From Octopus sinensis (lineage: Eukaryota), in NCBI RefSeq assembly GCF_006345805.1, contig NC_043003.1, positions 21,824,001-21,888,000 on the forward strand: 64,000 nucleotides of DNA, given 5' to 3'. This document shows, piece after piece, positions 25,241-38,842 of this stretch. The notes under the pieces are model-generated. The model had not been told where the DNA came from and made no database searches. It saw only the letters and a program-made list of their open reading frames with translations. The translations under genes were made by a program, and so were the position numbers. The stretch's first letter is position 1. Each line of letters opens with the position of its first letter.

Positions 25241-26616
25241 AAAAAATACCCACTCTATTGACAGATATACGAGTGCATCTTTTTCCTGACTTATGGTCTC
25301 TTAGATAACTCAGGTGTGTGTGTGTGTGTGTTTTGTCAACTAAATGAAATAAGTTTAGCTGAGAGTTTCCGCCAGTTGATTTTAAAGTACAGATCCACCA
25401 TCTATCTTTATCTTTTATATTGTCCAAATATTTCGAGCAACTGACCTTATTGGAGTTGCTTCCCTTATCTGCTTTCAGGGTTTTAAATACTCTTGGGAGT
25501 TTTTCACAAATTGGTTAATTTCGCTTGATCGAAATTTGTCACTTCGCTATAATATATACTATTTCTCTCTGCCTCCATATATATATAATGATCCTACCGT
25601 ATTTGTATTTAGGATATAAAAAATACCACTCTTGGTAGTGGTGATTGTGACTTTATTTACAAGAACGAGTGCGATGGGTGTACTTATGAAGTAGGTGATA
25701 GCAAAGTGTTTATGTATTGTTTTGATAGCGGTGATATATAAATAAAACACTACTGATGTCACGAGACTTCACGTAGATGACTCAAAAAAAGAAAAGAAAA
25801 AGGAAAAAAATCGTGTTGGGCGAGAATTCAACGACCGATGGATTGGGGGATGTGTACGTCTAACGATAGCTGACATCGTCCATCACCGCACCTTCAATAC
25901 CACCACAACTACCATCTATTACTGCTTCTGGATAGTATCGTTGTTAGCACTGGAAAATACTTGTTTATCATATTCTCCACCCAGCCAGGTTTGTGTTTAC
26001 TTATTACTTGTGTGTGTGAGTGAGAGAGAGAGAAACTTTCTAAGAGAGAGACGGGGGTGTGACTAAACGTATGTCCATGTGAGAGAGAGAGAGAAAGAAA
26101 GGATGGAAAGAGAATGAGAGCTGGGGTATTCGCTTGAGAGGAAGGAAGAGAGAGACACTTTGTGAGTGAAAGAAAGAGGGAACCAGTCAACATGTTTTAA
26201 TTGTGCTTCTGTATCGACATACATTTATCTGTTTAATCTTTGTATTGTGGACGAAAACAACAACATTGAAACAGTTGATTGGGAACTATATTTAGATGTG
26301 TATTTATGAAAATGACGTTATGAAGAAACAGCCATGCACTTCACAACATCACATCTTCCCCACGTCTTGTAAATAATATCGGCCTTCATCTCTAGGTAGG
26401 AAATCGCTTCTGTTTTTTTGTTATTTTTGTTAGTCGGTGGGAGGAAATAACCATTTCTTTGTTAAGCTAACACCGTCTAGCTTTCTTTGTCTGTCTTTCC
26501 ACACAACCACCTGGTCTTTGTTTATCACTTTCTCTCCTGTAACCACGCCACTTCTTACCTTTTCTACCCACCCCTTCAGTCAATACATCATTCATTTTAC
26601 TTTACACACCACCCTC

Positions 26617-26620
<4 letters not shown>

Positions 26621-26693
<73 letters not shown>
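26621..26693. repeat. (TA)n microsatellite
   Basis: Directly visible; similar runs at 55036-55094 and 60470-60502. Confidence 0.95.
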
Positions 26694-26699
<6 letters not shown>

Positions 26700-28066
26700 T
26701 TGTGTATGTGTAATAAGGTTGTGCGAAACGCATGCTTAAAATTGTTTATATTTTATCTAACTTATGTTGAATTGAATTTTTATATTTTATCGGTGGTGGA
26801 GAAAAGAAAAACTTAGTTTTTCCTACTACTGACAGGATTACAACACGAGGAAGCCTTTGTATGGTTGCCCCAACATGCATATACGATAGTTGCCAAATTT
26901 CCCTGCGTCTAAGGCACATTTAATGCTAAAACCCCTAAGGACAGATGGTCGCAGCTGGAATGCCTTTGATTATAAGATCTACTCGTTCTATGCTTGGGTT
27001 AGAAGCAACCAGTCTGGATCTCTAACTTGACACTTACACGTTTAGTGCAGAATAAATACTGGAGGTTTATTTATTTATTTACTTACGATATAGGCCTTTT
27101 CTCTTTCTATTTTCTTTTTCTTTAAGGAAAGAGGGCTCGGGTGCTGGCTCTTCCTAGTTGTATTTTCATTGTATGCGAAGTGGCTTGAACCGAAAATCGA
27201 ACAGTCGCGAAATTACTGGCAGAGAGCTTTTCGAATTTACCGTTTGCCCTTACACATAGTTCAAGCAGCCGCTATGTGGTCGCCCTGTCTAGTAGAAAGG
27301 AGTCGGATCTTTAGTAGTGTCCTAAATAAGAAGACATAGTATAATGTTATCTTAGATATGGTCACAATTCTTATACTGTTTTTGTTGACGGGTCTCTGCA
27401 GTTAATCAGGATTGTGCTAACAACTTTAGCTTTGCACACCTCAGCATTTTTGCGTACATGTACACAATTAACTATACATACACACAACTAGCATATGCGG
27501 TGCTCTAGTATGGCCTTCACAGTGATGACTAAAACCAAAAAAACAAACAAAAAAAACCCCAGCGATTATAACAATGTTATCATTGTAGTTTCTCTCGTGT
27601 AAGCTAATTCGTATCTCCGCATCTATCTGTGCCCATATAATCATCCTAATCCTTTCATACCCTTTGTTCATTGTCTGACGTTTCAAACTGTAAACAAAAA
27701 TCCTATGGGGCTCTTACTCCAGGGGTGGCCAAATTAACGCGCGCCCTCACACACACCACGTTCAAGATCCTCAAAGATGTAATTCTTATAATTAAGAAAA
27801 TATATGTAGTGCATTATGTAGCTACATGGCACATACTACATATTGTGTGTTTCCTTTGTTCCTGAATCTTCTAGCGTAGTTTTTGGGTAAAATTAGTAGT
27901 GAAACCCAATATTATCTTGGAGTGGTTCGCGGGCCTCAGTTCCTCCACTGTTGCTCTATGCCATCGCTTGTTTTGTAAGGAACGGCAGCTAGAGTTTCCT
28001 GACATCAAACTTTATTGAATTAGAAAATGGAAAGAAAGTGGGTGTTAGGAGTTTTGTAGCGTTAGT

Positions 28067-28149
28067 TATATAAAAAGAGGGGAGAGCCACGGCTGTAACG
28101 CCTTTTGATGATTGTATACCAACAATGAAACATTACCCTGAAAGTGAGA
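28067..28149 (+). promoter_or_regulatory. Candidate promoter and short first exon of the mucolipin gene
   Basis: TATATAAA at 28067. ATG at 28125 reads MKHYPE, followed by A|gtgaga, a phase-1 donor compatible with the AC at the 53157 acceptor. It sits at the CpG-rich to CpG-poor transition. Speculative. Confidence 0.3.
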
Positions 28150-28314
28150 CAGATGCCCCATGGTGTTCCGAAAACAAGAATATTTGCTCTGGGTTGATGA
28201 TTCTGTTTGTGTTGTTACTTAATTGAAATACCAGTTTTATTCATTTTTGACCCGTATCCTTGTTCTGTTGCTGAAAGTTTTTCTTTGTCGAATTCAGTTT
28301 CTTAATCCCGTTAA

Positions 28315-28564
28315 TTCCATAAACAACCAAAGCGAAAATCAAAGTTGGTAAAAAAAAAAATCATTAAATCACAGAAAATATTACATTTCTCTCTAAAATA
28401 GTAACGGGATTCATCATCATCATCGTTTAAAGCGGACGTTAAACGACGACGACGATGATGATGAATCCTGTTACTATTTTAGAGAGAAATGTAATATTTT
28501 CTGTGATTTAATGATTAAAATTTTTTTTTACCAACTTTGATTTTTGCTTTGGTTGTTTATGGAA
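28315..28564. repeat. Near-perfect palindrome, about 115-125-bp arms with an 8-bp loop
   Basis: 28315-28430 is the reverse complement of 28439-28564 apart from a few substitutions and short indels. Confidence 0.95.
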
Positions 28565-29619
28565 CTGTTTTGTTCATATTTTTTGTTTATTTTTCATGTT
28601 TTCAATGGAACTCTTTTTCAACATTCCCTCTCACACGTAAGAAACTTTAGGAAAACAACACACACAAATGTGTGAACAAACGAAAGTTGTGTTCAATATA
28701 TTTAGTTGGAGTTGCATGTATTTAATAACAATTTGACTTGGTTCCAATTTACTGAAAGTTCCATGAGCTGAGGACATATTCACCTCACCATATGTTCAAA
28801 GACTCTATTGGGGTGAATATAACCCTTGCCTCTTAAAATATCGGTAATGTGGAGCTATGTGGTTAAGACGTTTGCTTTGCAAATACGTGGTTTTGGGTTC
28901 AGTTCCATTGTGTAGCACCTTGGACTAGTGTCTTCTACAAGAGCGCATAGCCAACCAATTTCTTGTGAGTGTATTTGACAGACAGAAAATATGTGAAAGC
29001 CCATCTTGTGTTTGCCCCCACCGTCACTTAACAATGGGTGTTGGTTTAACCATATTAGTTTGCACTCTTCTGGTATAATTCTCAGGGTCATTGAGGTACA
29101 CCAGGTACCACTGCAGTGAGGACTGGACCTTGTGGTAATTAATAAAATTAAAATGCTTTAAAAAATATCTTAAACTTGTCCATCATTATGGCAAAGAAAG
29201 AATTATGCTGATGTACACTCTGTTTTGTTTATTTCTTAATAAGGGGAGAGGACAAAAAAAAAAATTGATAATATTTGGGTGGAGGAGCCCCTGGTACATT
29301 CATCAGTTTGAGAACAGTGTAGTTTGATAGAAGCAGATTTTTACTTCAATAAGCTTGAATGGCTTTGCTACTCAACCAGCTCACTGCCAGTTCAAAGAAA
29401 GAAGTGAAAAATCACCCCTGCTACTTTATTGAATCATGAAGGATGTACAATGAATGGAATTATCTCGTTGTGATATGACCCCAAAGTGCAGAGTTGGGAC
29501 ACCTTTTACAGTACCTAATGTATTAATAATGCTGTCACACAATGGAGTTAGAAACTTATATTCATGTAACTGGAAGTCCATTCATTATTTGAAATTTGAA
29601 CTCTTTATTCACTGACCAT

Positions 29620-29919
29620 GGAGACATATGGCCTCGTAGTTAGAGCAGCGGACTCATAGTCGAGGGATCGCAGGTTCGAATCTCAGACTGGGCGATGTGT
29701 GTGTTTGTGAGCGAAACACCTAAGCGCCATGTGGCTCCGACAGAAGGTAATGGCGAACTTCTGCTGACTCTTTCGCCACAACTTTCTCTCACTCTTTCCT
29801 CCTGCATCTTGCAGCTCACCTGCGATGGACCAGCGTCCCGTCCAGGTGGGAAACCTGTACACCACAGAAACCGGGAAACCGGCCCTTATGAGCCAGGCAT
29901 GGCTCGAGAAGGAACAAAC
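29620..29919 (+). mobile_element. tRNA-derived SINE related to family A (tail type 2), with TSD
   Basis: 13-14-bp TSD attcactgaccat(g) at 29607 and 29920. Tail gcgatggac..gcgtcccgtccagg...acagaaaccgggaaac.ggccc.tatgagcc as in the 9847 copy. Confidence 0.88.
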
Positions 29920-32900
29920 ATTCACTGACCATGACTATGAGTCATGGACTTCAGCTTTCAGTGTATTTGTTTTTCTATTCGTTTCTTGCATGGCATCAAA
30001 GCCTTTTCATTAATGTAGTCAACTAATCCAAATTCTTTTGATCGACTGTATGTTTTCAAGAGAACGATACAAAGCAACCACACATTCTTTAGCAGACTTG
30101 TTCATCTTCAGGAAATGTTCCAACACTGGAGATTCTCAGAACATTAACTTGATCGCAGTATTAAATTTTGATACAATAATTACTAATTAGCTTGCTTTTG
30201 CGCATGTGTACTTGTCAAAAACTGTTATCAACAAGTATGTAAACCTACTCCACATACACACACACTTCTACACACTTATCAAAGTTTGTGACATGGACAC
30301 ATTTTTGACACACTAACCAGTTCACTCAAATTTTTTTATACTCACCACTAATATCACGCATGCACACACACACGCACAACAAACTTGTTTTCCCTGCATG
30401 TTATTTTAGATGTTCGTCTCCCCTAACATTTTTCTCTGGAAATTTCTTTCTTTTATTAAAGCTTGCGAAAATAACACTGGGTCATTACCCTGTATGATTC
30501 ATAAGCTTTGATAAAAACAAATATTTTTATATTTCAGAAGGATCCTTTCTTATCTTTATAATAGAGTTCAGTCTATTGCCACAACATTTTGTAAACTAAA
30601 CATTTACAATGCTAATTACTGTAGCAATTGTTATTTTATGCAGGGTCCATTACGCTATTTGCCTAAATCCTGCTTCAGAGTTAAATTAGCAGTGACAGGA
30701 AGAATAGCCAACTGTAAAAATATCCCATCAATATGTAAATTTATAATTAGATAAAATTATAGCAAAACACAATTTATCCATGCAAGGATTTGTGGGGACA
30801 AGTGGTTGAGAAACTAATTTAAATGTTAAGGAGTATAACTTAACTAAAGTTAATAATATATTATTTTACTGATGTATACATTACAGCAAGATGTGAACTA
30901 TTTGTAAGTTTTTTTTTTTTTTTTTGTTTTTTTACATGGTTTAGTCTGAAGGAAGGGAATGTACTCAGTCTTCAGAGGCCCTCCAAGAGCAGTGAAGTCA
31001 TGCAGTTGATGTTCTTGAATCAACTGCAGGCTGACTACAAGAAAAAATACCTATAGGCATGGTGGGGGTGGGGAAGATTTCAGAGAACTGATGTTCTGCA
31101 GAGGAAGAATTAAGCTTAGTGATTAGTGCAAGTATGAGGTTATAAGCAATGTAGATGAGGAACTGGATGGTCCTAGGTGAAGATGGCATGTGACCAGTCA
31201 ACACTAAAAGCAGAGGCCAGTGTAGTAGTGGTGATGGTTGTAAAGCCTGAAGGAGGCGACAATACATCTGTAAGCCAAAGGTTGGAGGCAACACTATGGT
31301 TTTGATTCTCCTGTATTTTTTATTTATGTTAGTGCTGATCTCTTAGGAAGAAAAAAAAAACCAATTGCTTTATCATATTTTTACCACAGCTTGTCTCTTT
31401 ATTGGTCTTAACTCCTTCAGTGTCATAGCTTCAAAGTTCTAGCAAGACTCAGTGATTAGCAGAAATCTACTCTTTTGTTGCATCAGTGAAAATAAGTTGC
31501 CATTCAACCCTAATAGACATTGTCTAAGATGTTTCAGCCAGGATCATCTTATCCTCCAACTCCCAGAGACAGTGCATCAGACACACTATACAATGTCTCT
31601 CTTTACTAAAATGTTTTGGTATAATCTGAGGAGTATTTGGTTGCCATTTCAGTAACTTAAGTGACTACTTAGAGGCTCATTTATTGGCTGAAGAAGAATA
31701 AATATTTCAGTATTGATAGATATATCTCCCAGTATATAATTTCACTTCAGTACATTCTGAGTTCAAACCTCACAGGAGTTGATTGGGGATCTCTCTTAAG
31801 AATTAAGAAAATAAACAGCAGGCCTGTTATGGGTCACCAATTCAGTTGATTGTATTCTATAAAATGGTGATTTCATGCTAGTGAAAAAAATTCAGTATTA
31901 GTATTTACTTTGTGTTGAGTGTTGTAGTCTAAACGTTAAGCTTCTGAGAAATTAAACCTGCAATGTAGTTTTGATTCTTAGTCAAAGTAATTTCACCTTT
32001 TCATACTTTTGGGCTTCTGACAAAAACCTCATCATCACAACTTGTCATTTTCCACCACTTTTAAAAATATATAACCTGTGAACGTTGCTGGGTTATAGAA
32101 ACTAACATTACTCATTATGCTTTATGCCAAATGTCTATAAAATTTGAGTGGGAGTGTATAAAAAAAAATCTTTTTGTTCTTCATCTCATAACCCTTTGAT
32201 GAGTTCAACTTGCTCTGCATGTCCCACACCAATCACTATACCCAGTTCTTCCTTCCCAGAATATTGACATTGTAAGATTCTTTCCTTGTCTTTCCTCCAG
32301 ATGTTAATGGCACCAAGTCTCACTGGTATAAGAGGGCCTGTGAAGGCCAAGAGCGCTGTCCTCTCTCTTCCTCCATACCCAGTATATATATTTTTAAAAA
32401 AAACACTACAAATCAAGCCAATGGCAGAACTTCTTTGTTAGTTAAATATTACTCAAATTGTATCCTCTTTCAAAAAAAATTGTATTATGTCATCTGGTGT
32501 ACACATTTACATTTAAAAGCTGGCATAGTCAGCTTCAATGGTTTTCATCCTAGGTGTGTCTAGTTTGTGCTGACGAAAGGTGAAACAAGCTATTACAACA
32601 ATTATAGTGTGCATACAGTTGTGAGCTTAAACTACTTGCTGTGAGTGGGTCTGTGCCTATGAAAGCTAAGTGTCTCTGCCAGGAACAGTATAATGTCTGA
32701 TGGAATATAAACTGTCACTGCTTTGGTCACTAGACCAGTGGCTTATCAATTTGGGCAGCTGCAGACTTTATTATACATTGATAAGATTAACCAGGCCACC
32801 TGACTGCTGGGTTTCTTTTTTTTTACAGTTTGCAAATGTGGCCTTCAAGTAATTTTTTTTTTCCTTTCCTTCCACCAATCTTGGTGGTGGGGGCATGTAA

Positions 32901-33519
32901 AAAAATCATGAATGCTTCCTTTCCATTTCTGACTTGGGCATTTAATAAAAAAAAAAAAAAAAAAAATGGTGCTTAGTAGAATGGGCAATGTCTTTAGACA
33001 TGAGATACATGGCTCTTTCTACTAAGGGCTATTTCAGCAATGTGAATCACTGTTTCAACTTGTGACATTTTTCTTAATCCTTCAGCTCACTATAATTAAT
33101 ACAGGGATTCTAAAAGGGTGTATTTTCTGGCGATGTGCAGAAGGAAACGGATCTTCCTATTAGCTTACTGTTTATCTAAAGTCTACCTTGAAAAAAAAAA
33201 AATTCTTTAAGTTACATCTGTGAAATAACTGAGAAGTTGATAGATGTTGGATTCAACATAGGACTATATTCTCCCTTGGTTTGCTTAGATCAATGGTGTA
33301 AGTCTGTATTTATATTTCAAAGGAGACTGTAACATCTCCCACCTTGGGTGGTGGTGATGGGGGATCATCATGTTAATGTTGACTTCTTCTTTCTAGCATA
33401 GCTCAAACAGAATTCAACAAGGCAGACTTTTTATGACCAGGATGTCCCCCCTGCTACCATCACATCCCAGTTTCTAAGCAAGGTAATATTTCCATTGAAG
33501 ATTGGAAATTAGATCAAAT

Positions 33520-33988
33520 TCGATGACTGGCATCCATGCTAGTAGAGCGCTAAGAGTACCATATGTGTGAGATCGTTGCCAGAGCAACAAGCTGGCCTCC
33601 GTGCCAATGTCACATTAAAAACACCATTCGAGCGTGATCGTTACCTGCGTCACCTTACTAGCACATGTGCTGGTGGCTTGTGAAAAAACATTCGAGCGAG
33701 GTTGTTGCCAGTGCCACTGGACTGGCTCCTGTGCAGGTGGCACATAAAAAGCGCCATTTGAGTGTGGCCGTTGCCAGTACCGCCTGACTGACCCTCGTGT
33801 TGGTGGCATGTAAAAAGCACCTACTACATTCTCGGAGTGGTTGGCGTTAGGAAGGGCATCCAGCTGTAGAAACTCTGCCAGATCAGATTGGAGTCTGGTG
33901 CAGCCATCTGGTTCGCCAGACCTCAGTCAAATTGTCCAACCCATGCTAGCATGGAAAGCGGGCGTTAAATGATGATGATGATGATGAT
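33520..33988 (+). mobile_element. RTE-tailed retroelement family D
   Basis: Near reverse complement of 1596-2062; (GAT)n tail. Confidence 0.85.
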
Positions 33989-34416
33989 TTAGATGCATGA
34001 CAGTAAGACTCATTTAGAATTATCACATGACCTCAAGACATAGATACACCCTTGCTTGCATACATATACAGTTTGCATTTATTAAATCTGCTCAGAAGGC
34101 TTTGGTTGACCTGGGATTATAGTAGGTACTTGCTCATGATGTCCCACACAGTTGGACTAAACCTGAAACTAAGCGGTAGGGAAGCAAACTTCTTAACCAC
34201 ACAGCCATGCCTGTCTGCCTGCATATGAATATTATAGAAAATCTGGAGAGTGAGCCAGTGAAAATTGAAAGGCCCAGAATTTTTACACTTGTATCACACA
34301 GAAGTGTAATGTGGTGTTGGAGGGTGTTAATAATTCTGCAACTTCAAAAAAAACAGTGTTTGAGCAACAATGCTATTGAATGACTAGTCTGAAGAGCAAC
34401 ATAAAGAATTATTCAA

Positions 34417-34933
34417 CCCTTTATCATTCGCATTATTCTGTCAAATGTAATGCTTATTTATTCACATTGTGCTGGTGGCACATGAAAAAAAACATTCGAG
34501 CGTGGCTGTTGCCACTGCTGCTGGACTGGCTCCTGTGCAGGTGGCACATAAAAAGCACCATTTGAGCATAGCCGTTGCCAGCACCGCTTGACTGGCCCTC
34601 GTGCCGGTGACACGTAAAAGCACCCACTACACTCTCGGAGTGGTTGGCGTTAGGAATGGCATCCAGCTGTAGAAACTCTGCCAGATCAGATTGGAGTCAG
34701 GTGCAGTCAAATCGTCCAACCTATGCTAGCATGGAAAGCAGACGTTAAACAATGATGATGATGATGACCGTTTTGAATTAATCGGGTATTATCGCAAGGC
34801 TTTGAGACATCAATGATGTGACTGTTTACTTTTAGAATGGCATTGTAGGGTATGTGTGAGAGGTCTGATCTGGTCAGTTTAAACATAAAATGAGTTATTT
34901 GGGCCAGGTATGGCCAGATTAAATGCTAAAGGG
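34417..34933. mobile_element. piggyBac-type MITE (family 2) interrupted by a family D insertion (34470-34767)
   Basis: Termini ccctttatcatt and aatgctaaaggg|ttaa. Other copies at 35488-35680, 40852-41069, 50306-50510, 52739-52926 and 63795-64000. Confidence 0.75.
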
Positions 34934-37900
34934 TTAACTAGAAGATAGCTGGGGTAGTGTTTAAGTATTTAATAGAAAAAGAAAAATATTGAATGATATA
35001 AATAGGATCATGTAAAAAAATATCTGTAGGCTGTTCATCAAAAGTAGACATTTAATTAGTGATAAAGATGGTGGTGATGCAAGTGGTGGTAGGAGGTACT
35101 TATACAATTACATATACAAACATGTACTTTCTTTAACCTCACTTAACCTTCCAAGTCACATATCTAATTAAAATCACCTGACAAACCCTGCTATCACTAC
35201 TACAAACAGCTATACAATTCTGTGAGAGAGACCTATAAATAGTCATCTGACTTGCTAGAAATAGCAGCTGCTCCTTTCTGTAATCGCACAATACAGGCTT
35301 TTTTCTTTTAAGGATGCTCAGTCCAAAATACCTGATGGTCAATATTAAGATGCTTTTGATGATAATTCTGTACTCGGTTAAGACTGACCTAGTGCTGAAC
35401 AATACTAAGTGAGGAAGACTATACATTGTTGCATAACCTGCTAGAAATAGCAACCAAAATTCCTCTTTGATCACATTCCTGTCTTAACCCTTCAGCATTT
35501 AATCTGGCCATATCTGGCCCATGTATTCAACCAGTTTTATGTCAACTGACCAGAGACAATCTCTCACCTACATTACAATGTCATTCTAAAAATATACAAA
35601 CACTCCATTGAAGTCTTGAAGCTATAAAGCAATGTAAATAAATAAGCAATACATTTGACAAAAATCTGAATGCTAGATAGTTAAGCAAAAAAATGTAAAG
35701 GCCCACTTTGGGTAAATATAGATCTAGATATTGCCCCACTCCTAAGACATGATTACCACAGGCTGAACTGCCGTTGATCATAAGACTGCTTGACTTGTGA
35801 TTTGGTAGTGTAACTGTTATTAATGTTATCTGGTTACACAACAACTGCTGTATTACATGTTTCTGGTGGTATGCCCTCTAGACATTGCAGAACAAAGAAA
35901 ATCATTTGCTAAGAAGGGGAGGAAAAAGCTGGGATTCCCAATTAGTCTACTTGGTCATTTGCTGACGTTGGTGAAAATTCCCGTCCTCATGAATTAAAAA
36001 CAATGAGCTTTAATTCATAAGTAATTCATATGAATCTGATTGGTAACTGATATTCAGTTCCTGGTATTTGCAAATAAACAAGGAAAACTTGTATGAGAAA
36101 ACAAGCTTGCTGTATTCAAGTGTTGGTTGTATTGATTAAAAAAAAAATCCCATAAACATTATACACTTTTGTATTTCGTCTTTCACAACAATAAACTTCT
36201 TGTATATGCTCAGGTGAAATGTAGATTATATTCATGGGAATATGTAAATTATATTCTTTGTTTATATATATATAATGCATGTGTATATGCATACATACAC
36301 ACATGCAGAGAATCATTACTATACTGGACAAAAGACTTGGCGTTTCTTCCAGTTCTGTACACTGAGTTCAAATTCCCCTGAGGTCAGCTTTGCCTTCTCT
36401 TTTGGGGTTGACAAAATAAGTACCAGACACTGGGAATGATGCAACTGGTTTGCCCCATCACTCTAAAATTAACGACTTTATGTCAAAATTTGAAACTAAT
36501 CTTCAGTACATTGGGTATACTTTTCTACTCTAAGCACAAGGCCTGAAATTTTTGGGGAGGGGCAGCCAGTCGATTAGATTGACTTCCCCCACTCTCCAGT
36601 ACAGAACTGATATTTAATTTATTCACCCCGAAAGGATGAAAGGCAAAGTCGACCTCAGCAAAATTTGAACGTAAAATACAGATGAAATACTGCTAAGCGT
36701 TTTGCCCGCTGTGCTATATTTTCTGCTAGCTTGCCGCCTCACTACATTGGGTATACTGATATTCAAATGATATAGTTGATTAACTGTAGCTTATCACTGA
36801 TCAAGCAGATCTTTAAGGGCATTCCAGCTATCTTTTTGTATATCAGAAAGAGCATTATGACTAACATGTTCATTATTTTCAAGGCTGTAGGGTGTGATTT
36901 GGAGGTGATTTTGTTGCTATTTCTAACAGGATGAATAATGACTTAGATTTTCTTATTGACTCAACTCCTTGTTTCATCTCAGGTCAGCTTTGACCAGAGA
37001 CCTATGATCAAAGACTATTTCAACTGTGACCAATGTGTCTTTTTTTTTTTTTTTTGCATACCATTTTAAATATCTTTTTAAGATATGACTGCTATTTCTA
37101 GCAGAATAAGCAACCACATAGATGTTTCATTGCAGCTCAACTTCTATTTGTCATCATATACATAGTGTTTCAAAATAAATATTTAAACAATTTTATTTTT
37201 CTACTATAAATATAGATTTTGTGTATATTTACTTAGTGATTCATGTAAAATATTTTAAATGTTTTAGTCAGACGATATTAGCAGTGCCCATAACTTTCAC
37301 ATACCATTGTGAAATTGATACAATTCAATTTGAACATCTACAAGTTGGTCTCCAAGAAGGGCATTCCTACCATTACAGCATGTTAAAACCTTGCTGATGG
37401 TGTTCAACGAAACAGTAGTATGCGGATGTCATTTCTTGAATTATTTAATTCCCTAATGATTTTAGCTTATTACTTACCTTTTTTTTTCTGTCTGAGATCT
37501 AATAGAACATGTTCTGATGTTAAGAATAGTGATCAAGGAGGACTTCTGTACTACATTTTCTTCATGTAATGAAAAGTTTAAAAAAACAAAAAAAAACTGA
37601 ATTGTTTTATTGTGACACTAATGCTAAAATTGCACCACTGTGTGGTTTATTGTGCAAAAGTATACTAGAGGTGAAAGCAGGGCCGTTGTTTACCCCCTGC
37701 AACCCCTGTGGTCACAGGGGACCTCCACAGTTGAGGGGGCCCCCATGTTAAGATCAAAGTACGTGAGTCATATATTTACTTTGGTTAAGATGTTGAACAA
37801 GAATTAAACTATTTGTAATAGACCTAAATAAATTTAACTTATACTTTTTAAAGATGTTCTTTAAGATAATATGAAATATTGAACGTCAGATAGAATTAAG

Positions 37901-38629
37901 TAAAATATAACTATGAATAAACGGTATGTAGATTATGAATTTTGATTGAAGGGATGGGGCCTCAAAACAAAAAGTTGCAGAGGGCCCTCTAAAAGTCACG
38001 TAACTGAGGAGGATGAAAGTAATGATAATAGAGCATCCAACATTCTTTCACCAGAATACTTTGCTAAGGTCAATAAGGTTTTTAAAAATTTGTTTTTTTT
38101 GCCTGAAGCCTAAGCATTTGTGTTCAACATTGGGTCAACAAAACATTGGTTAATTATACGAATCAACCTGGTCTTTCAACCTTCATGTCCTGGGGACATT
38201 TAACTTGACTATCCTTTGCTAAAATATGTGATGTTCCATGTTAAAAATCAATAACATGTAGGGCTGAATGTTTAAGAAGTTCTCTATGCTGCCATATGTC
38301 TTTGGGTTCAATCTTTGCACAACATCTTTTGGAGAAATACCTTCTATCATCATCTTGGGTTGATGAATACCTTATAAGTGAAATTTGATGTACAGAAACT
38401 GTGCTGAACCTCGTATGAATGGGGGTAGAGAGAGATTACCAATAAATTGGTCAGATACAAATAATTTATGTCCCTTATGGGCTTATCAGTTCAAATATAA
38501 ATTTAGAAAATAAGTGCCAGACTAAGTACTGCAGAGTTAATATAATTGACAAAAAATATTTAAAGATGGTCTCCCAGCATAGCCATCCTGTCCAAAGACT
38601 GGAATTAATAAAATAGCTTGGTTGCTTAA

Positions 38630-38842
38630 CCCTTTTGTTACTAACCCAGCCAAAACCGGCTCTGGCTCTGTGGTAAAATGTCTTTTCATAAGTTTTGAAT
38701 TAAAATATTCCACCAAGCCTTAGTCACAATTTACATTCCTAACACAAACTCAATGATAACTAAGTTATTTTACTAAATTCTTTGTTATATTTCAAATAAT
38801 TGAAAGAAACACAGAGCATCTCTAAATACAGTAACGAAAGGG
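38630..38842. mobile_element. piggyBac-type MITE (family 1)
   Basis: TTAA on both sides and TIR ccctttygttac / gtaacgaaaggg. Highly similar copies at 41074-41292 and 50070-50289. Confidence 0.88.

Noticed and set aside
37677-38005. Possible hAT MITE beginning cagggccg
   Set aside because: No matching right TIR or TSD was found, so it is left uncalled.
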